In this document: positions 58,020-64,000 of the stretch, piece by piece
Layout: each line of letters begins with the position of its first letter
How positions within the stretch are numbered: position 1 is the first letter of the stretch
Assembly (NCBI GenBank): GCA_002269645.1
Contig: NIVC01000697.1
Span: forward strand, 186,001 to 250,000
DNA: 64,000 nucleotides
Direction of reading: 5' to 3'
Source of the DNA: Macrostomum lignano
Taxonomy: Eukaryota
The notes under the pieces: generated by a model
Told to the model about the DNA's origin: nothing
Seen by the model: only the letters and a program-made list of their open reading frames with translations
Database searches by the model: none
Position numbers and translations under genes: made by a program

Positions 58020-58243
58020 ATGCCCACCTGCAAGCGGCTGGTTGCTCAGTCCAGCTCTGAGCACAGCCTGTCGGCATGCAGCGGCGGCGGCGCTGGCGGC
58101 GGCGGCGGGAGTCAAACAACGCTGGAGACGCCAACAACTCCGGCTGACTCGGTGGACGGGATGTCGCTGTCGCTGTGGAATCTGTACTTGGAGTACGCGG
58201 CGGCTGGAGAGGCCCAGGATGGATCTGATCAAGCCGGGGCTCA
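58020..58243 (+). CDS. Candidate coding exon of an unidentified gene (MPTCKRLVAQSSSEHSLSACSGGGAGGGGGSQTT...DQAGA)
   Basis: GCCATG start in a 107-codon open frame, GC-rich, ending at a phase-2 donor CA|GTAAGC. It could alternatively start at a weak acceptor at 57950. Confidence 0.45.
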
Positions 58244-58279
58244 GTAAGCCGGCGTTGGTTGCTAAGTAGGGATTGTCGA

Positions 58280-59315
58280 CTAGTGAGGATTATCGAGTAG
58301 TGAGGATTGTAGCGTAGTGAGGACTATCGAGTAGTGAGGACTATCGAGTAGTGAGGACTATCGAGTAGTGAGGACTATCGAGTAGTGAGGACTATCGAGT
58401 AGTGAGGATTATCGAGTAGTGAGGATTATCGAGTAGTGAGGATTATCGAGTAGTGAGGATTGTAGCGTAGTGAGGACTATCGAGTAGTGAGGACTATCGA
58501 GTAGTGAGGACTATCGAGTAGTGAGGATTATCGAGTAGTGAGGATTATCGAGTAGTGAGGACTATCGAGTAGTGAGGACTATCGAGTAGTGAGGACTATC
58601 GAGTAGTTAGGATTATCGAGTAGTGAGGATTGTCGCGTAGTGAGGATTATCGATTAGTGAGGATTATCGAGTAGTGAGGATTGTTGACTAGTGAGGATTA
58701 TCGAGTAGTGAGGATTATCGAGTAGTGAGGATTATCGAGTAGTGAGGACTATCGAGTAGTGAGGACTATCGAGTAGTGAGGACTATCGAGTAGTGAGGAT
58801 TGTCGAGTAGTGAGGATTATCGAGTAGTGAGGACTATCGAGTAGTGAGGATTATCGAGTAGTTAGGATTATCGAGTAGTGAGGATTGTCGCGTAGTGAGG
58901 ATTATCGATTAGTGAGGATTATCGAGTAGTGAGGATTATCGAGTAGTGAGGATTATCGAGTAGTGAGGATTATCGAGTAGTGAGGATTATCGAGTAGTGA
59001 GGATTGTAGCGTAGTGAGGACTATCGAGTAGTGAGGACTATCGAGTAGTGAGGACTATCGAGTAGTGAGGACTATCGAGTAGTGAGGATTATCGAGTAGT
59101 GAGGATTATCGAGTAGTGAGGACTATCGAGTAGTGAGGATTATCGAGTAGTGAGGATTATCGAGTAGTGAGGATTATCGAGTAGTGAGGATTATCGAGTA
59201 GTGAGGATTATCGCGTAGTGAGGATTATCGAGTAGTGAGGATTATCGAGTAGTGAGGACTATCGAGTAGTGAGGATTATCGAGTAGTGAGGATTATCGAG
59301 TAGGGAGGATTATCG
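58280..59315. repeat. 17-bp minisatellite (GAGTAGTGAGGATTATC)n, about 60 copies
   Basis: Visible period 17, starting just after the 58244 donor. Confidence 0.96.
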
Positions 59316-59839
59316 CCTAAATAGTGATGATTATGTACCAGTGGTTTATCAATCAGTTATTACAGGAACAAACAATTTGTGCAGCTAATCTTAGTTTAGT
59401 CCGACACTGATAGACTTAAGAATATTTAACAATTTTCGGATGATTTTCTCTGCCTGGCTCCACGCACTGCAGGTCAGGAGATTTTCAATCCTACGTTTAT
59501 AAATAAAAAGTTTCTTCAAAGCCTGAGTCTGCTGAGTACTATTAGAACTAATGCACTTTAGTGAGAGGCCAGTGACCGATACAGTCAATGGTTTCGCTTC
59601 AACTGCTAATTGTGGGAAAATTTCGATTAGCCTGAGCTAGATATTAGATTAGGAGCGGCGTGCGGGATTTCCACTCCCCATACAGTTGCGATATCTGGGA
59701 TCAGATGAAACAGTTTCTCCCTTTTCGACTGACTTCATACAAAATATCTTAATGAGCTTTTGCATCTGAATAATATAGTGCTTACTGTCACAACTTTGCT
59801 GGAAACAAAGTACAAAGTACACACGATACACGATGGGGA

Positions 59840-60620
59840 TATCCAATGAGATCCCATCGGTTCCTCCCCCCCCCCCAATAAGATCCCATCGGTTCCGCCC
59901 ACACAATGAGATCCCATCGGTTCCGCCCCCCCCCAATGAGATCCCATCGGTTTCGCCCCCACAATGAGATCCCATCGGTTCCGCCCCCCCCCCGATGAGA
60001 TCCCATCGGTTCCGCCCCCCCCCAACAATGAGATCCCATCGGTTCCGCCCCCCCCACAATGAGATCCATCGGTTCCGCCCCCAATACCAATGAGATCCCA
60101 TCGGTTCCGCGCCCCCCCCCCAATGAGATCCCATCGGTTCCGCCCCCCCCCCCCCAATGAGATCCCATCGGTTCCGCCCCCCACAATACCAATGAGATCC
60201 CATCGGTTCCGCCCCCCAATACCAATGAGATCCCATCGGTTCCGCCCCCCAATACCAATGAGATCCCATCGGTTCCGCCCCCAATACCAATGAGATCCCA
60301 TCGGTTCCGCCCCACCCCCCCCAATGAGATCCCATCGGTTCCGCCCCCCACAATACCAATGAGATCCCATCGGTTCCGCCCCCCAATACCAATGAGATCC
60401 CATCGGTTCCGCCCCCAATACCAATGAGATCCCATCGGTTCCGCCCCCAATACCAATGATAACCCATCGGTTCCGCCCCCCCCCCACAATACCAATGAGA
60501 TCCCATCGGTTCCGCCCCCCAATACCAATGAGAACCCATCGGTTCTGTCCCCCTCTCCCCAATACCGATGAGATCCCATCGGTTCCGCCCCCCCCAATAC
60601 CGATGAGATCCCATCGGTTC
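59840..60620. repeat. Minisatellite with a constant AATGAGATCCCATCGGTTCCG core and variable C-tracts
   Basis: Visible; source of the GGAEPMGSHW ORFs. Confidence 0.93.
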
Positions 60621-60811
60621 TTCCCAGTGATCCCATTTTATCAATGAAACCATCAGCTCAAAAATTTTTCTTCAGAAGATATAATTTAAAAAATCATTCA
60701 GACCATGACTTCTGTAACTCAAGCCTACTCGATACTTACTACTGTAAGTAGAAAAACAAGAGTATGATTATATTAAATAATTAATGTATATATAAATAAT
60801 ATCACTAAACT

Positions 60812-61500
60812 CACATTGTGGGGTCGCTTTCACAAGCCCTAAATTTCACAACGTCGCAAGACACAAACTTTCATAAGCTCTAAATTTCATAAACCCTAAT
60901 TTTCACATCGTCGAAAAGTTGTGCACAGTATTTCATAAGCTCTAAATTTTACAAGCTCTAAATTTCACAACGTCGAAAACAAAACTTGCATCAGACTGCA
61001 TAAACTATAAATTTCACAAGCCCTACTTTTCATAAGACCTAATTTTCACAACGTCTAAAAGCACGTCTGAGAGATTGTATCTCCATAGTGTTTTTAGGCG
61101 TTGTGAAATTTAGGTCTTGTGAAAGATTGTATCTCCAGTGTTTTTAGGCGTTGTGAAATTGAGCTTGTGAAATTTAGAGCTTCTGAAAAAAGAAGCAAAT
61201 TTAATTTTCGACGTTGTGATATTTAGGGTTTGTGAAATTTAGAGCTTTTGAAATTCTGTGCATGCCTTTTAGGTGTTATGAAATTTAGGGCTTGTGAAAT
61301 TTAGGTCTTGTGAAATCTGCTGCATTGCTTATTTTCGACGTTGTGAAAATTAGGGCTTGTGAAATTTAGGTCTTGTGAAATCTGCTGCATTGCTTATTTT
61401 CGACGTTGTGAAAATTAGGGTTTATGAAATATAGTTCTTATGAAAGGTTCTGGTTTCGACGTTGTGAAAATTAGGGTTTGTGAAACGACCCTACATTATG
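60812..61500. mobile_element. Foldback-like element with long inverted arms built from AAATTTCACAA subrepeats
   Basis: The left end CACATTGTGGGGTCGCTTTCACAAGCCCTAAATTTCACAAC matches the reverse complement of the right end. Subrepeat orientation flips near 61080. Confidence 0.7.
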
Positions 61501-62400
61501 ATATCTAGAAGAAACTTTTATCTACACTCAATTGCAGCATTGGTATAATAATTTCTCAAACATTTATCAATCGCAAAGAATAATTTAACAGGCATGTTTC
61601 GGTTGTAAGGTCACTACCTGAAATGGCATTAGTTTTACAACTAGTTGTTGCCATTGGTCAGCTCATTTATGGCTGTGAAATTTGGTTTTTATTTTTTATT
61701 TGCCCCACTTTCGGCCTTCTTAAGTCGCACGCAATAAAACGATCTGACGGAGGTGGTCGCATGGAGTACGAAAATAGCTTAGACTGGAGTGGAGTATCTA
61801 TGATCACCATGGATAGGGAAAATGGAAGTTTCCAATCCAGATACCTCTCTAGCTTAAGAACTCCGCGACTCAGACCACAGAGAGGCCGCGCTAACGTTTA
61901 ATGGCCAGAGGCTGATAGTGGGGGGTTATTGTTTCCCAGTCAGTCTCACTCTGGACATATCCTGAGGCCTTGCCAGGGATCTGGGAAGCATTATTCTTAG
62001 CTCCAGTTCCCATTCATTATTCACGCATCGTGGCGGCGCATGCGTGGATATTCGCCCTCCCTCCTGACTGATTTGGCGATTGTCAAACTTTCTTAGAAAA
62101 TTTCCGGCTTCTAATATGCTGAATGCTCTCCAGTTCTCAAGGGGGGAGAGAAGGAGTTTATCCCCTGTTTCCATTCTGAGAATTTTGCCTATACTGAGGA
62201 AACACTGATTGAAGAGGAGTTTTGCATGGTTAAAGCTCCCGTGTCAATTCGCGCCTACGTCAATGAACAACGCGGTATTTTCCGTCTGATTCCTGTAGTA
62301 AATATTTTGGCTGTAACAATTGGTTGCCAGGATATTTAAACGATGTGAAAAATTGTCAACACAAAAATAAGCCTGTGGGTTTTTATAGAATATACTGTAC

Positions 62401-62960
62401 TTTCTGTCCCTTCCATCCGATAATTGCTGCCCCCAGCCAATCAGTGCGCTAGGAGAGCCAGTAGACAGGGGTAGAAAATATCAGTGTACAGTTAAATAGT
62501 TTCCGTCCCTTCAATCCGAAAATTGCTGCCTCCAGCCAATCAGTGCGCTAGGAGAGCCAGTAGACAGGGGTAGAAAATATCAGTGTACAGTTAAATAGTT
62601 TCCGTCCCTTCAATCCGAAAATTGCTGCCTCCAGCCAATCAGTGCGCTAGGAGAGCCAGTAGACAGGGGTAGAAAATATCAGTGTACAGTTAAATAGTTT
62701 CCGTCCCTTCAATCCGATAATTGCTGCCTCCAGCCAATCAGTGCGCTAGGAGAGCCAGTAGACAGGGGTAGAAAATATCAGTGTACTGTTAAATAGTTTC
62801 CGTCCCTTCAATCCGATAAATGGTGCCTCCAGCCAATCAGTGCGCTAGGAGAGCCAGTAGACAGGGGTAGAAAATATCAGTGTACTTTTAAATAGTTTCC
62901 GTCCCTTCAATCCGATAAATGGTGCCCCCAGCCAATCAGCGCGCTAGAAGAGTCCAGTAA
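62401..62960. repeat. 99-bp tandem repeat, about 5.5 copies
   Basis: Units start at 62401, 62500, 62599, 62698, 62797 and 62896. Confidence 0.95.
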
Positions 62961-63538
62961 ACAGGAATAGAACTTGTACGAGCGTACGAGCTAAAATTTC
63001 ATAGCGGTCCGGTCAACATAAAAACTGATTTCTCGTCGCATATTTAATTTCTATAAAAAATCTATAATCGCATAATGTCTCATTTAAAATATGCCCGTAT
63101 GTAAGCCAATATAAGCAGCTTTGAATAAGTGGAGAAACCAAGAATAGAAAATTCCCCCAGGAAAAAATTACAGCACACCTAATCCTGGATAAACATTGAA
63201 AAGTTTGTTTTCCAACACTGGAGTGGTATACCTATTCTTTGCATGGGGCACAGAGTTTGATAGCCTCATTGGCAGCTCCTCGAGGTCTACATCCCTAGCC
63301 CCAGCTCAGTCACAACAACTCACCAGTCCTACTAGCCAATAGAAAGCCAGGGAGGAAACGGATAGAGATTGATGGGGCCATCTATTCACGCTATCGTTTC
63401 CTAGACTCCTCTCCCAGCTCCTCATTTCTTTCTCTCTTTCTTATCTACCGGCTTGCCTCTGCCTTACCTCTCCCCAATGCCGATAAGAAGCCATAGTCGC
63501 CAATAAATCTTTCTTTGACAACACTTATCTGCTTCTAG

Positions 63539-63801
63539 CGCCGGACAAAACTTTGCTTGGACAAAGGATGCAACAGAACACTCGCTAAGCTGTCTGGAGC
63601 AATGTCCTCGTCACCCTCATCTGCTTCTGCCACAGTTGCTGGTCGGCCAAATACAAAAATTCTGAAACAGAGACGCAACGCTGCGTTGTTTGTTGTTGAG
63701 ACAGACGATGAAGCTACGGTAGCCAGTGGCTATCCAGACTCCTCCTCGGCGCCGGCTGCCGCTGCCGGCGGGAGGCGAAGCGGCCAGCGTTCGCGGAACG
63801 G
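63539..63801 (+). CDS. Candidate coding exon of an unidentified gene (..MSSSPSSASATVAGRPNTKILKQRRNAALFVVETDDE...RSRN)
   Basis: Acceptor TTCTAG at 63538, open frame with ATG at 63602, phase-2 donor GG|GTGAGG at 63802. No recognisable domain. Confidence 0.4.
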
Positions 63802-63876
63802 GTGAGGGGCGAGCCGCTCATTTCGTGACGAGCGGCTATTATTCCATTATTTAGGCCGGGCTGCAGCTGCTCCTGC

Positions 63877-64000
<124 letters not shown>

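Noticed and set aside
59840-60620. Constant 21-bp core with variable intervening sequence as a CRISPR-like array
   Set aside because: The variable parts are only C-runs plus 0-2 copies of (AC)AATACC, not unique spacers.

Overview
Animal genomic DNA with spliceosomal GT-AG introns. From codon style, repeat content and short acceptors I infer a free-living flatworm such as Macrostomum, but this is not proven. Two multi-exon genes on the + strand can be rebuilt with consistent intron phases. The first is a 5'-partial, divergent Gs/Gf-like G-protein alpha subunit (60-10422) with a roughly 110-aa low-complexity insertion. The second is a type I PIP5 kinase (19344-35385) with a phase-symmetric stop-containing exon and a possible alternative or read-through C-terminus at 36068-36216. 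One PIP5K intron holds a near-complete, 5'-truncated Ingi/I-group LINE (2xPHD-APE-RT-RNaseH-CCHC, 12-bp TSD) nested in a Gypsy-like integrase relic and bracketed by roughly 290-bp direct repeats. Three GC-rich exon-like segments (42.9, 58.0 and 63.6 kb) all end in phase-2 donors and may belong to a third gene that continues past the window. About 30% of the window is tandem repeat, made of about 30 unrelated micro- and minisatellites. There are also tRNA-derived SINEs (one with a CORE/MIR-like domain), a structured (CAA)n-tailed retroposon, and several MITE or foldback elements. I found no rRNA, true tRNA, CRISPR or prokaryotic system. Most long ORFs in the supplied track are repeat artefacts.
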